A DNA stretch of 64,000 nucleotides from Synechococcus sp. (GCA_047285305.1 JBJBDL010000003.1:384001-448000); one strand, 5' to 3'. Counted from the stretch's first letter, positions 18,609 to 28,284 are shown. Notes: generated by a model not told the origin, from the sequence alone. A program made the numbers and translations.

Positions 18609-18651
18609 ACTCCTGGCTTGAGGGGTTGGGTCAAGGGGGAAATCGGAAGAT

Positions 18652-19554
18652 TCAGTCGCTAGAGAAGTGATCCCATCGCCAGTCCAGTGCCTCCTTACTT
18701 GGAGCGAGTCTTAGGTGACTGGCATTAGAGCGAGTCACTCCAAGCGACTTGAGGTCATGCCCTGTCGCAGGGATGACCTCCAAAGAAGTTGGGTCCAGGC
18801 ACCACTTACCCATGTCAAACAGCGCGTGATGGTTGCGGCAAAGAAGCAACCCGTTCCCGCTGTCGTCGCTTCCGTTTTCACTGACAGGGACGATGTGCGC
18901 TGCCTCGATCACCTCCGCAGGAGCGCCACACAGGGCGCACTGCTTGATGCCGTAACGCCTAACAACTGCTGCTCTGAACGCTGCCTGACTGCGCTTCTTG
19001 GTGACTAACTCCTTCTTGGTCGTCTCCCTTGCTTGGAAGCAAGACCCCTCTTCGTCCGCAGGCAGTTTGTAGTCCCTTCTCCCACCAAGCGAGAAGGTAA
19101 AAACCAAGTTGCCGCTGATCGGGTCGTCCTCCAGGAACTCGATTCGATCAACCCTGCGCTTTGGACCTTTGCTTTGGACCAACTCACCCTTGGCGTTGGT
19201 GTCTCTGATGAGGAAGACAGGTAGTCCCAACTCCAGCGCTGACCGCATGGAGTCGATGTCTCCTTCGTCGTGTCCAGGTTTTTCGGTTAGTGGGTAGTCG
19301 TAAATGCCGATGTCTCCATCGATCTCGTCTTCGTATTTCCCTCTGCTGCTGATCCCAACGCATATTCCGTGACCTGAAGAGGTCAGGTCAGAAGTCGATT
19401 TTTTATCTCGCCAGATACCTCTAGCGCCCTTGTAGCAACCGATCTCTTGCACCTCCCCCGCAACCAGCGGTCTCTCCTGTTGGATGCGTTGGACCGCTTC
19501 CCACATGGCGGATCGCCTTTCCCGTTCTGCCTGGAGGAGTGCTTGGTGATCCAT
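18652..19554 (-). CDS. HNH endonuclease with SRA/YDG-like N-terminal domain (putative modification-dependent restriction enzyme)
   Basis: C-terminal R.QAAFR...YG..CALCG...EAAHIVP...NGLLLCRNHHALFD; N-terminal GIW...GKYEDEIDGD..IYDY...LPVFLI resembles SRA. Confidence 0.8.
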   Translation of the reverse strand: MDHQALLQAERERRSAMWEAVQRIQQERPLVAGEVQEIGCYKGARGIWRDKKSTSDLTSSGHGICVGISSRGKYEDEIDGDIGIYDYPLTEKPGHDEGDIDSMRSALELGLPVFLIRDTNAKGELVQSKGPKRRVDRIEFLEDDPISGNLVFTFSLGGRRDYKLPADEEGSCFQARETTKKELVTKKRSQAAFRAAVVRRYGIKQCALCGAPAEVIEAAHIVPVSENGSDDSGNGLLLCRNHHALFDMGKWCLDPTSLEVIPATGHDLKSLGVTRSNASHLRLAPSKEALDWRWDHFSSD

Positions 19555-19676
19555 GAACCCATGCTGCCGCCTTTGAAGGGGCGTCTCTCTACGAAATCTC
19601 TACGCGTCGTAGAGGAACGTCCGTAGAGAACCCAAAGGTTCCACGACATCTCTGTGGAGAGAGCGAAAGGGCATCA

Positions 19677-19755
19677 GGTGAAATCCGGGTGAAACCGAAC
19701 CTCCAAACCCCTTGTCCCTCAGCACCCCCTATACGGGGTCAGAGCACGGGTGAAA
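19677..19755 (+). repeat. GGTGAAA arm-like repeats, right end of element
   Basis: Copies at 19677, 19688 (11-bp phasing) and 19749, about 40 bp from the guaA stop. Confidence 0.65.
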
Positions 19756-19796
19756 CCCCCTACAGGTAGTCCTAGTCAGGGATTAGACCCCCTGAA

Positions 19797-21383
19797 CTAC
19801 TCCCACTCGATCGTGCCGGGGGGCTTGCTGGTGATGTCGAGCACCACCCGGTTCACCCCCTTCACCTCATTCACGATCCGATTGGAGATGGTCTCCATCA
19901 GGTCGTAGGGAAGACGGGACCAATCGGCAGTCATGCCGTCCTCACTGGACACACAACGCAGCACGATCGGCCAGGCATAGGTGCGTTTGTCCCCCATCAC
20001 ACCGACGGAACGCACAGGCAGCAGCACCGCAAAGGCCTGCCAAATTTCGTGATACAGCCCCGCTTCTTTAATTTCCTGGCGAACAATCAGGTCGGCATCA
20101 CGCAGGCAGTCCAGCTTCTCGTCGGTGACTTCACCCAAGATGCGGATGGCCAGACCAGGCCCCGGGAAGGGATGGCGTCGCACGATCTCCTCGGGCAGGC
20201 CGAGACTGCGGCCCACCTTGCGCACTTCATCCTTGAACAGCTTGCGCAGGGGCTCCACCAGCTTGAACTGCAGGTCTTTGGGAAGACCGCCTACGTTGTG
20301 GTGGCTCTTGATCTTCACGGCAACCCGTTCGCCCGTCTTGGGGTCCACGTTGGTGCCGGCGCTTTCGATCACGTCGGGATAAAGCGTGCCCTGGGCCAGG
20401 TAATCGAAGGGTCCGAGCCGCTTGCTCTCCTCTTCGAACACACGGATGAACTCGGTGCCGATGATCTTGCGCTTCTCTTCCGGATCGGTGATGCCCTTCA
20501 GCTTGCCGATGAACCGCTGACGGGCATTGATGTACTCCACATGGATGTTGAACTTCCGATCGAAGAAGTCCATGAGGAACTCGGGCTCACCCTTCCGCAT
20601 GAAGCCCTGGTCGATGAACATGCAGGTGAGCTGATCACCAATCGCCTTTTTGAGCAGGAAGGCGAGGGTGGATGAATCCACCCCACCGGAGAGAGCCAAC
20701 AGAACGCGCTTGTCGCCCACCTGCTCCCGCACCAGGCCAACGGCCTCATCGATGAAGGCCGCAGTGGTCCAATCCGGATCACAACCGCAAACGTGATACA
20801 CGAAATTGCGGATCAGAGCCATGCCGCAGGTGGAATGCACGACCTCGGGGTGGAATTGCACCCCGTAGAGCTTGCGTTGCAGGTGCGCCACAGCCGCTTC
20901 CGGCGTGTTGGCGGTGTGGGCCAGGCGCACAAACCCATCGGGCAGAGCCTTCACTGAGTCGCCATGGCTCATCCACATAGTCGAACCGTTGTCGACATTG
21001 GTGAGCAGGTCCGTGGGGTCGTCCACTTCCAGAGGTGCCTTGCCGTATTCGGCCTTGCCCGTGGCGGCTTCCACAACGCCCCCAAGCTGCTGCACCATCA
21101 GCTGCATCCCATAGCAAACCCCCAGCACAGGAATGCCCAGATCCCAGATTCCGGGATCGCAGAGCGGCGCATGCTCGGCGTACACGGAACTGGGACCACC
21201 GCTGAGGATGATTCCCTTCGGAGCCATGCGTCGCAGCTCCTCGGCCGAAGTGCTGTAACCGAGGACCACCGAGAAGACCTCGGTCTCGCGCACGCGCCGG
21301 GCGATCAGCTCCGAATACTGGGAGCCGAAATCAAGGATGACGATGGCCGGCTGACGCTGACCGTCGGACGAGGGCTGGGACAT
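19797..21383 (-). CDS. guaA: GMP synthase (glutamine-hydrolysing)
   Basis: [45 protein letters not shown]. Confidence 0.99.
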   Translation of the reverse strand: MSQPSSDGQRQPAIVILDFGSQYSELIARRVRETEVFSVVLGYSTSAEELRRMAPKGIILSGGPSSVYAEHAPLCDPGIWDLGIPVLGVCYGMQLMVQQLGGVVEAATGKAEYGKAPLEVDDPTDLLTNVDNGSTMWMSHGDSVKALPDGFVRLAHTANTPEAAVAHLQRKLYGVQFHPEVVHSTCGMALIRNFVYHVCGCDPDWTTAAFIDEAVGLVREQVGDKRVLLALSGGVDSSTLAFLLKKAIGDQLTCMFIDQGFMRKGEPEFLMDFFDRKFNIHVEYINARQRFIGKLKGITDPEEKRKIIGTEFIRVFEEESKRLGPFDYLAQGTLYPDVIESAGTNVDPKTGERVAVKIKSHHNVGGLPKDLQFKLVEPLRKLFKDEVRKVGRSLGLPEEIVRRHPFPGPGLAIRILGEVTDEKLDCLRDADLIVRQEIKEAGLYHEIWQAFAVLLPVRSVGVMGDKRTYAWPIVLRCVSSEDGMTADWSRLPYDLMETISNRIVNEVKGVNRVVLDITSKPPGTIEWE

Positions 21384-21415
21384 CGATCCTGGGAGGTATC
21401 GCTCGCTGACGAGCG

Positions 21416-22522
21416 TCAATCTCTCAATGTAAAGAAGCGCTTCTCCCCCTCCGGTCCCCACCAGCGCAGGGTGCGGCTTCGGTCGAACAAGGCAGCACCA
21501 ATCCGAATCGACCAGGCGCCGTAGCGATCCACGTAAGACTGGCTGCGCCGCTCCACTATCGCGGCCAGATGCTGCCCAAGGGCCGTGGCTTGATCAGCCT
21601 CCAGTGCCTGAAAGGCCTCCTCAACGGATGCAGCACCCCGAAGTTGCTGCAACTGGGCAACCGACAGACCGGCATCCAGACCTAGGGTCACAAGCACCTC
21701 CAGACGGCCATCGGCCAGGTGGTGATGGGTGTGAAAGATGCCTCCGGCCAGCTTGATCAATTTGCCGTGGTAACCGAGCAGCAGCAGATCGCGAATACCG
21801 GCCTCAGCCGCGGCCACCAGCACGGGCCCAACCCAGTTCCCCACCTTCAGCACGGGCCCCAGACCCTGCTGGCGGGCCAGATCCAAGCCGTTCTCACCGA
21901 TCACTAGAACGAGGCGTCCCTGAAACGCCACATCCGCAGCGAGCGTCCTCAGGTCTGCCAACACCTGCTGCAGTTGATCCGGTGCGGCGCTGTGCTGCAC
22001 CTTCGCCTGGGTACCGATCAACGCCAGACCATCAACAACACCGAAGGCAGCATTGCTGGTGCGTTCGGCCAGGACACGTCCCGTCGGAAGAATCGGCTGC
22101 ACCAGCAAGCCCCGACCCGGCGGCACCAGGGGCAACAGATTCCGCTCCAACAGCTCACGGGCAAAACCGGAGAGGCAAACGTCCCCCTCAACGCCAAAAC
22201 GACCCACCCCTTCTCCGGCCTGCAGCTCGAGAACCGGCTGGGATGCAGCGATCCAGGCCACCCGCACCCAAACCTCAAGATCCCGCGTCAGATCAAGGCC
22301 AGGCCCTGGATCACAACGGCTGATGCCCAGGGCCTCTCCTGGTGCCAGAGGAGCCGCCGAGCAGACCGGCACCTGCATCGAGGGTTGATCTGACCCCTGA
22401 CTCAACTGCTGCTCAGGCTCAAACGGCTCACCAAGCAACACCTGCAGGGCCGCCTTGGCCGCCGCCGCCACCCACACCGGCAGGGTCAATCCAGAACTGG
22501 AGGAGGCGATGGAACCAGACAA
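21416..22522 (-). CDS. cbiD: Cobalt-precorrin-5B C1-methyltransferase
   Basis: [48 protein letters not shown]; start uncertain. Confidence 0.92.
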   Translation of the reverse strand: MSGSIASSSSGLTLPVWVAAAAKAALQVLLGEPFEPEQQLSQGSDQPSMQVPVCSAAPLAPGEALGISRCDPGPGLDLTRDLEVWVRVAWIAASQPVLELQAGEGVGRFGVEGDVCLSGFARELLERNLLPLVPPGRGLLVQPILPTGRVLAERTSNAAFGVVDGLALIGTQAKVQHSAAPDQLQQVLADLRTLAADVAFQGRLVLVIGENGLDLARQQGLGPVLKVGNWVGPVLVAAAEAGIRDLLLLGYHGKLIKLAGGIFHTHHHLADGRLEVLVTLGLDAGLSVAQLQQLRGAASVEEAFQALEADQATALGQHLAAIVERRSQSYVDRYGAWSIRIGAALFDRSRTLRWWGPEGEKRFFTLRD

Positions 22523-22560
22523 GCTGTTTTCTAGAGTCGCCGATTGGCATCCCCCGCGCC

Positions 22561-23709
22561 ATGCAGGACAAGCTCACCCTGATGATTCCGGGCCCCACCC
22601 CGGTGCCGGAAACGGTGCTGAAGGCCATGGGTCGTCACCCCATCGGCCACCGCAGCGGGGAGTTCCAGGCCATCGTGCGGCGCACCACCGAACAGCTCAA
22701 GTGGCTGCACCAGACGACAAGCGACGTGCTGGTGATCACCGGCAGCGGAACCGCTGCCATGGAAGCGGGAATCATCAACACCCTCAGCCGCGGCGACAAG
22801 GTGCTCTGCGGTGACAACGGCAAGTTCGGCGAACGCTGGGTCAAGGTGGCCCGCGCCTACGGACTCGATGTTGAGGTGATCAAAGCGGAGTGGGGCCAAC
22901 CCCTCGATCCCGAAGCCTTCCGGTCAGCGTTGGAAGCCGACAGCGCTAAAGCGATCAAGGCCGTGATCCTCACCCACTCGGAAACCTCAACAGGGGTGAT
23001 CAATGACCTGGAGAGCATTGCCCGTCACGTGAAGGCCCACGGCACAGCATTAACCCTGGCGGACTGCGTCACCAGCCTTGGTGCCACCAACGTCCCGATG
23101 GATGGGTGGGGACTGGATGTGGTTGCATCAGGCGCACAGAAGGGCTACATGCTTCCACCGGGTCTGAGTTTTGTGGCCATGAGTGCACGGGCCTGGGAGG
23201 CCTATGAACGCTCCGACCTACCAAAGTTCTATCTCGATCTGGGCCCTTACCGGAAAACAGCGGCGAAGGACAGCAACCCCTTCACCCCGGCCGTGAACCT
23301 CTACTTCGGGCTGGAGGCTGCTCTGGACATGATGCAGAAGGAAGGCCTGGACGCGATCTTTGCCCGCCACGCCCGCCATCGCGCTGCCGCCCAGGCGGGC
23401 ATGAAGGCAATGGGCTTGCCCCTGTTCGCCGCCGAGGGTTGCGGCAGCCCGGCCATCACCGCAGTGGCCCCCGAAGGCATCGATGCCGAACAGTTGCGCA
23501 AAGCCGTAAAGGAGAAATTCGACATTCTTCTGGCCGGAGGACAAGACCACCTGAAAGGTCAGGTGTTCCGCATAGGCCATCTCGGCTACGTCTGCGACCG
23601 GGATGTGCTGACCGCCGTCGCTGCGATTGAATCCACCCTTCAGTCCCTTGGTCTGCACAAAGGCAGCATGGGAGCGGGGGTCGCTGCAGCCTCCGCTGCA
23701 CTCGGCTAA
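22561..23709 (+). CDS. Class V PLP aminotransferase (alanine-glyoxylate/serine-pyruvate family)
   Basis: LMIPGPTPVP, THSETSTG, SGAQKG PLP lysine, FRIGHLG. Confidence 0.92.
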   Translation: MQDKLTLMIPGPTPVPETVLKAMGRHPIGHRSGEFQAIVRRTTEQLKWLHQTTSDVLVITGSGTAAMEAGIINTLSRGDKVLCGDNGKFGERWVKVARAYGLDVEVIKAEWGQPLDPEAFRSALEADSAKAIKAVILTHSETSTGVINDLESIARHVKAHGTALTLADCVTSLGATNVPMDGWGLDVVASGAQKGYMLPPGLSFVAMSARAWEAYERSDLPKFYLDLGPYRKTAAKDSNPFTPAVNLYFGLEAALDMMQKEGLDAIFARHARHRAAAQAGMKAMGLPLFAAEGCGSPAITAVAPEGIDAEQLRKAVKEKFDILLAGGQDHLKGQVFRIGHLGYVCDRDVLTAVAAIESTLQSLGLHKGSMGAGVAAASAALG

Positions 23710-23718
23710 AACACAGGT

Positions 23719-23740
23719 GGCGAGAGCGATCTCGCCCTTT
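23719..23740 (+). terminator. Hairpin between aminotransferase and tRNA (terminator or processing signal)
   Basis: GGCGAGA-GCGA-TCTCGCC followed by CTTT. Confidence 0.45.
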
Positions 23741-23812
23741 GCGGGTGTAATTCAGTGGTAGAATGTCAGCTTCCCAAGCTGAACGTCGCCGGTTCGAGTC
23801 CGGTCACCCGCT
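23741..23812 (+). tRNA. tRNA-Gly (CCC)
   Basis: Acceptor GCGGGTG/CACCCGC, anticodon arm TCAGC-TTCCCAA-GCTGA, GGTTCGAGTCC T-arm; CCA not encoded. Confidence 0.97.
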
Positions 23813-23832
23813 TGAACAATTTCAAAAGCTCA

Positions 23833-24054
23833 TCAAGAACGAGGCTTGATGAGCTGGAGAACCTGAGGCCCTGCAGATCCAGCGCGGCGCTCGTGTCCCA
23901 GTGCCTGCAAGATCAACGAGCCCGCCTCATTGATACGGCCATCTTCTGCACATTGGCGGGCCTTGATGAACAGAGCCTGAGCTGCTGATTCATGGTCCTG
24001 ACGTTGTTGAGCAGCCGTCTCTGATTGATTTGTTTTCGTAAGCGTCAGGGTCAA
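23833..24054 (-). CDS. Hypothetical protein
   Basis: 73-aa helical ORF, AT-rich upstream region. Confidence 0.55.
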   Translation of the reverse strand: MTLTLTKTNQSETAAQQRQDHESAAQALFIKARQCAEDGRINEAGSLILQALGHERRAGSAGPQVLQLIKPRS

Positions 24055-24162
24055 CGTTCTAATTCCCTTATCAACAAAAGAGTAGCCCTAATTGATACTT
24101 AGGCCACCCGACGCCTGAACCATCCGATTGTCGAACAATACCGTCGATTGCTTTGATTCAGA

Positions 24163-24327
24163 TCAGGTACCAGGTTCCTCCACATTGCCACCCAGATCGG
24201 CAATCCGGTCCCGCAACTGCGAGCAACGGGGCTGATCACCTTTGGCTTCAGCGAGGGCGAGGGCGAATTCCAGCTTCTCGAGCTGATGACCACCTTCTAG
24301 GAAACCTGACCGGGTCCAGATGGTCAT
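24163..24327 (-). CDS. Small hypothetical protein
   Basis: MTIWTRSGFLEGGHQLEKLEFALALAE...EEPGT; start uncertain. Confidence 0.55.
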   Translation of the reverse strand: MTIWTRSGFLEGGHQLEKLEFALALAEAKGDQPRCSQLRDRIADLGGNVEEPGT

Positions 24328-24419
24328 GCCATGCAAAGTGCGAGAGGCACAAGCATTGGAGGCAGGGATGGTGGTCGCCATAGTTGCCTTTCTTTTTATT
24401 TTGGCACCGCGCGCCACCC

Positions 24420-24743
24420 CTACGCGACATCGCGGCTCGTTTCTGTTTCGGCCTCCTGACCCCAGGCATGGTTCTGGGAGGACTCTTCAGCCATTTCAGG
24501 CTCTGGCATCGGAGCTGTGCTCTCCAACAGCTCCCGCGTTTCCCGCAGCAGAGCTTCAACGCCCTCGAGCGTGGAGATCTCTTCGTCTGGGACAGCATTC
24601 AGATTCTGCTTCTGCTGTCGCAGTTGCAGCTCAAGCGCTTCCTGGCGCTGTTCCAGTTTCACCAAACGCTGCGACAGAGCCGTGATGGTTTGCGCGAGAT
24701 CTTCCGCAGTGCGGGTGATTCGAAAGGACACGGAGGACATCAT
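24420..24743 (-). CDS. Coiled-coil hypothetical protein
   Basis: Heptad pattern LAQTITALSQRLVKLEQRQEALELQL. Confidence 0.65.
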   Translation of the reverse strand: MMSSVSFRITRTAEDLAQTITALSQRLVKLEQRQEALELQLRQQKQNLNAVPDEEISTLEGVEALLRETRELLESTAPMPEPEMAEESSQNHAWGQEAETETSRDVA

Positions 24744-24808
24744 CACCGAAAGCTGATGGTTGCGCTGATGACAACACAGGAGCGCCGCTGTCTCAAGATC
24801 AAGCTGAC

Positions 24809-25339
24809 ATGACGCGATCGAGACCGATGCCTTCCTTGGCAACGCTGGCGCTGTACCTGCTGGCTGGAACCACCATCGGACTGCTGGCTCTGTTCAGCGG
24901 CATTCCCGCCGCACCTCTGGCGGGGGCCTTGCTGGGTGCTGGCATCGTCAGCATGAGCGGCCAACTGGAACCAGCCACATGGCCACCGGGAACGCGCACG
25001 GTTCTGGAGATCGGCATCGGCACCGTGATCGGAACTGGCCTGACGCGAGCGTCCTTGGAGCAACTGCAACTTCTCTGGAAACCAGCGGTTCTGATCACCC
25101 TGGCGCTGGTGCTGACAGGACTGGTCGTCGGCCTCTGGACCAGCCGCTTGCTCGGCATTGATCCTGTCGTGGCATTGCTTGGCGCTGCCCCGGGTGGCAT
25201 CAGTGGCATGAGCCTGGTCGGTGCCGAATTCGGCGTCGGTGCCGCGGTAGCCGCCCTCCATGCCGTACGGCTGATCACCGTGCTTCTGGTGCTGCCGTTG
25301 GTGGTGCGGCTGATCGTCCCCTCGACAGCTGGAAGCTGA
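24809..25339 (+). CDS. AbrB-family (AidB regulator / ammonia monooxygenase-like) membrane protein
   Basis: GIPAAPLAGAL, AAPGGISGM, HAVRL motifs; about five transmembrane helices. Confidence 0.8.
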   Translation: MTRSRPMPSLATLALYLLAGTTIGLLALFSGIPAAPLAGALLGAGIVSMSGQLEPATWPPGTRTVLEIGIGTVIGTGLTRASLEQLQLLWKPAVLITLALVLTGLVVGLWTSRLLGIDPVVALLGAAPGGISGMSLVGAEFGVGAAVAALHAVRLITVLLVLPLVVRLIVPSTAGS

Positions 25340-25372
25340 TCGATACCTTGGGGCCAATCCACAACTGACGTC

Positions 25373-25783
25373 ATGGGTCCCATCAGGTCATCGCTGGTTC
25401 TCTCCGCCGCGACCCTGATCGGCGCTCTGAGCAGCATGACCTCCCCCCTTCAAGCGGCCGTAGCCACCGAAGAAAAGGGGGCCAAGATCTATTGCTTCAT
25501 GCGGTCCAGCGGCAACGACCACAAGGTGAGCTGGAACGCCGCCTACGCCGTGATCAAACGGCAGCGCAGCGGCGTATTCAAAACATCCCCGGAGCATGCC
25601 TCGGTGATGATTACGGAAGCCGTTGTCCAGGACCCCGGCAATTTCCCCGACTGTGGCCGATTCCTTGGTGATCTGTTCGGCGGGAACACTCAACCAGCCA
25701 CCGCTGCCGCCCTTGCAAAATCCTCATCCGTCACCGAAAGCAGCATCGAGAGCAGCGACGACACCATGCGCTACAGCTACTGA
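25373..25783 (+). CDS. Secreted hypothetical protein
   Basis: Signal peptide; YCFMR...PDCG cysteine pair. Confidence 0.7.
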   Translation: MGPIRSSLVLSAATLIGALSSMTSPLQAAVATEEKGAKIYCFMRSSGNDHKVSWNAAYAVIKRQRSGVFKTSPEHASVMITEAVVQDPGNFPDCGRFLGDLFGGNTQPATAAALAKSSSVTESSIESSDDTMRYSY

Positions 25784-25805
25784 GCCCTCTGGGCTTCCGT
25801 GGCTG

Positions 25806-26165
25806 ATGCTTCTGGCTGCCGTGTTGATGGCTGGCTGCCAGAGCAAGCAACCCGCGACGCCTGCCAACACATCGACACCGCTCGTCTCCAGTTGCCTCAG
25901 CGGCTTCCGCATGGATGACCTTGAACTCATGGTTAAACGCTGTGATGAGGCCATCGAGCAGACACCGGATCAAGCCGATCTGCATCGCGACCGCGCCCTG
26001 GTCTTGACCCTGCTTGGCCATCAAGCCAAAGCCTGCGACGACGTCGCAATGGCAGTGTCGCTGCTGAAGCGGTCGAGCCAGCCGGTCGACCCGATGCTGC
26101 AGCACGAACTCCAGGTGCGTCAGAGCAGCTGCAAACAATCCCGCACCATGGCGGGGAGTGATTGA
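25806..26165 (+). CDS. TPR-like putative lipoprotein
   Basis: LMAGC lipobox; one TPR-like segment; start uncertain. Confidence 0.6.
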   Translation: MLLAAVLMAGCQSKQPATPANTSTPLVSSCLSGFRMDDLELMVKRCDEAIEQTPDQADLHRDRALVLTLLGHQAKACDDVAMAVSLLKRSSQPVDPMLQHELQVRQSSCKQSRTMAGSD

Positions 26166-27748
26166 CGTTGCAGCGATAAGCGCCGGGGCCCCAGCAACAC
26201 CTCGATCCGTTCCGCCTTGCTCGCCAACAAACCATCCACCAGCTGGTCGGCTGCGCCGAGCTGCAGCCAATGGCAGGTCAGGCCATCTCCCATTCCCAGA
26301 CGATGACAGCGGTCTTCGGCTTGGTCGAGCTCGCCCGGCGTCCAGGGGCGTTCCAGCAACACCACATGACGGGCCCGGTGCAAGGTGAAGCCAAGGGCAC
26401 CGGTGCCGAAGGTGGCCAGCAGACAATCGTTCTGACCCTGCTGAAACCGATCCACACTCTTCTGGCGTTGAGCAGGGCGCTGGCGACCTGTCAACAACTC
26501 GCCGCCAAGGGTTTGCTGCAACAGCTGCAATGGGGCCACAAAGCCACTGAACAGCACCACAGCCTCGCCTTGCCTGCGCAGTGACTCCACCAGCTGCTGA
26601 ACCGCCGGCAATTTGAATTCCGCAGCGATCTGGCGTATGGAGGTGAGCAAAGCCAGGTGCTCTGCATCCCGTCGCACCTCTCCGAGCTGAGCCCGACGCC
26701 GGTAGTCATCCAGCACCAGCTCGACACGATGGTCGAAACCTGTGAGCTCAGCCTCCGACAGCACCACTGGGTGAAGACGTCGCTGCTTGGGAGGAAGGTC
26801 CACCACCTGCTGCTTGCGGCGATGCAGGATCAACGGTCGAGTTAAGCGCCGCAGCTCCTCCAGCTGACTGGCGCCGGACGCCTGCCAGCATTTGCCGGTT
26901 CGACCCTCCCGCCAGTGCCCCTGGCAATACCGCTCTTCGAACTGGCGTTGATCCCGAGCAATCGGGTGATCCATGGCCGCGAGCAGGGGATACAGCTGGG
27001 ACGGGCGACCGTTCTTCATCGGGGTTCCCGTGAGCATCCAGATTGCCCTCAGACGTGGATGGCGGGCCAGACGCAGCAAGGCAGCCGTGCGCTGCGCCTG
27101 AAGGGACTGAGCGTAGTGCGCTTCATCCACCACCAGGAGCGTTCCCGCTGGTGGCAGGGTGTCGGGAAGCCGAGCCCAACTCACCAACTCAGGCTCAACC
27201 CCAAGGACCTCTGATTCCCGGCGCCAGTGGGGATGCAGGCCGACGGGAGCCACCACCAGCAACCGCAGTTCAGCGCAACGCATCAGGGCACGGGCCGCAA
27301 GCAGAGCTGTAAGGGTCTTCCCCAGCCCCATCTCATCGGCCAGAACGGCGCCGCGACGGGCCAGGAGCCAGCGAACCCCGGAGCGTTGATGGCGCAGAGG
27401 CCGACGACCATCCTGCAGGAATTCGTCGAGATCCGCCGCAGCCACAAGGGTCCGGTGAGGTGGCAGCGGCGGCAGCGGCTGCTGACACCAGTCGAGCCAC
27501 TGCTGCAATGCGGAAGTGACAGGGAAACGGCGCCCCAGGGCCTGCTGAAGCGGATCGGCTGCGGCCAAGGGAAAGTCCCACCCCTGGCCAGCACCGTTCC
27601 AACGCCCCCGGGGCTTGATCCGACGCAACTGGGACTGGGTCACCGCATCAAACGGGCTCACCACGCGAATCAGACCCGCAGGGGACAGATCCAGGCAACA
27701 AGTCAATGTGGGTTTTGACGGCACCAACAGGCCCCCACAAACAATCAC
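26120..27748 (-). CDS. SNF2-family helicase with HARP-like N-terminus
   Basis: LADEMGLGKT, DEAH, LTGTPMKN, QAEDRCHRLG. Confidence 0.9.
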   Translation of the reverse strand: MIVCGGLLVPSKPTLTCCLDLSPAGLIRVVSPFDAVTQSQLRRIKPRGRWNGAGQGWDFPLAAADPLQQALGRRFPVTSALQQWLDWCQQPLPPLPPHRTLVAAADLDEFLQDGRRPLRHQRSGVRWLLARRGAVLADEMGLGKTLTALLAARALMRCAELRLLVVAPVGLHPHWRRESEVLGVEPELVSWARLPDTLPPAGTLLVVDEAHYAQSLQAQRTAALLRLARHPRLRAIWMLTGTPMKNGRPSQLYPLLAAMDHPIARDQRQFEERYCQGHWREGRTGKCWQASGASQLEELRRLTRPLILHRRKQQVVDLPPKQRRLHPVVLSEAELTGFDHRVELVLDDYRRRAQLGEVRRDAEHLALLTSIRQIAAEFKLPAVQQLVESLRRQGEAVVLFSGFVAPLQLLQQTLGGELLTGRQRPAQRQKSVDRFQQGQNDCLLATFGTGALGFTLHRARHVVLLERPWTPGELDQAEDRCHRLGMGDGLTCHWLQLGAADQLVDGLLASKAERIEVLLGPRRLSLQRQSLPAMVRDCLQLL

Positions 27749-27885
27749 TTTAGTGAACCCAGATCAGCGCGCAAGCCTTGAGATCAAGATTCACATCACG
27801 GGCTGAAAAATTATCGAAAATGCAGCGCTCGACACATTGACGGGCTTTTCGTTCAAGGCAGAATTCCCCCAACTGATGCATTCGG

Positions 27886-28281
27886 ATGCATAGCAGGGAC
27901 GCAGTTTTTCTTGACGAACTCTGTCCCAAATTACGCGTTCGAAGATGGCGACAGTCTCTTCATACTTTTACTGGCCAAAGTTGCATTTACTGCGGTAAAC
28001 CTTCTGAATCAATCGATCACATTCATCCCCAAGCCAAAGGGGGTTCAAGCATTACTGAAAACTGTGTGCCGGCCTGCTTGTCTTGCAACGGTCGTAAATC
28101 TGACTCCGACGTGTTCGACTGGTACCGGCGACAGCGCTTCTATGACCCACGCCGCGCCATGGCGATCCGGGCCTGGATGGATGGCGACCTACGACTCGCC
28201 GTTCGCCTGCTGCAGTGGGCCCAACCTGATCACCCTATCAACGAGCCGGACGACATCTCGATCGCGGCTCAGGCTGCCTGA
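27886..28281 (+). CDS. HNH endonuclease (McrA-like, zinc-binding)
   Basis: CIYCG...SIDHIHP..KGG.....NCVPACLSCNGRKS. Confidence 0.9.
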   Translation: MHSRDAVFLDELCPKLRVRRWRQSLHTFTGQSCIYCGKPSESIDHIHPQAKGGSSITENCVPACLSCNGRKSDSDVFDWYRRQRFYDPRRAMAIRAWMDGDLRLAVRLLQWAQPDHPINEPDDISIAAQAA

Positions 28282-28284
28282 GGC

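Larger units (their letters stand above)
17208..19808. mobile_element. 2.6-kb integrase-less element inserted at the guaA 3' end
   Basis: Flanking direct repeat of the guaA terminus; GGTGAAA repeats inside both ends; nuclease and accessory cargo. Confidence 0.75.

Noticed and set aside
18101..18634. 177-aa track ORF as a single gene
   Set aside because: Its 5' half overlaps the RBS-supported Cys-rich gene; the ATG at 18346 with TGATG coupling is the better start
15704..19554. Methyltransferase plus HNH as a type II restriction-modification pair
   Set aside because: The methyltransferase lacks DNA methylase catalytic motifs, differs in composition and lies on the other side of the att core
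23741..24743. tRNA-Gly as an island insertion site
   Set aside because: No duplicated tRNA 3' end or integrase seen; downstream small genes look host-like
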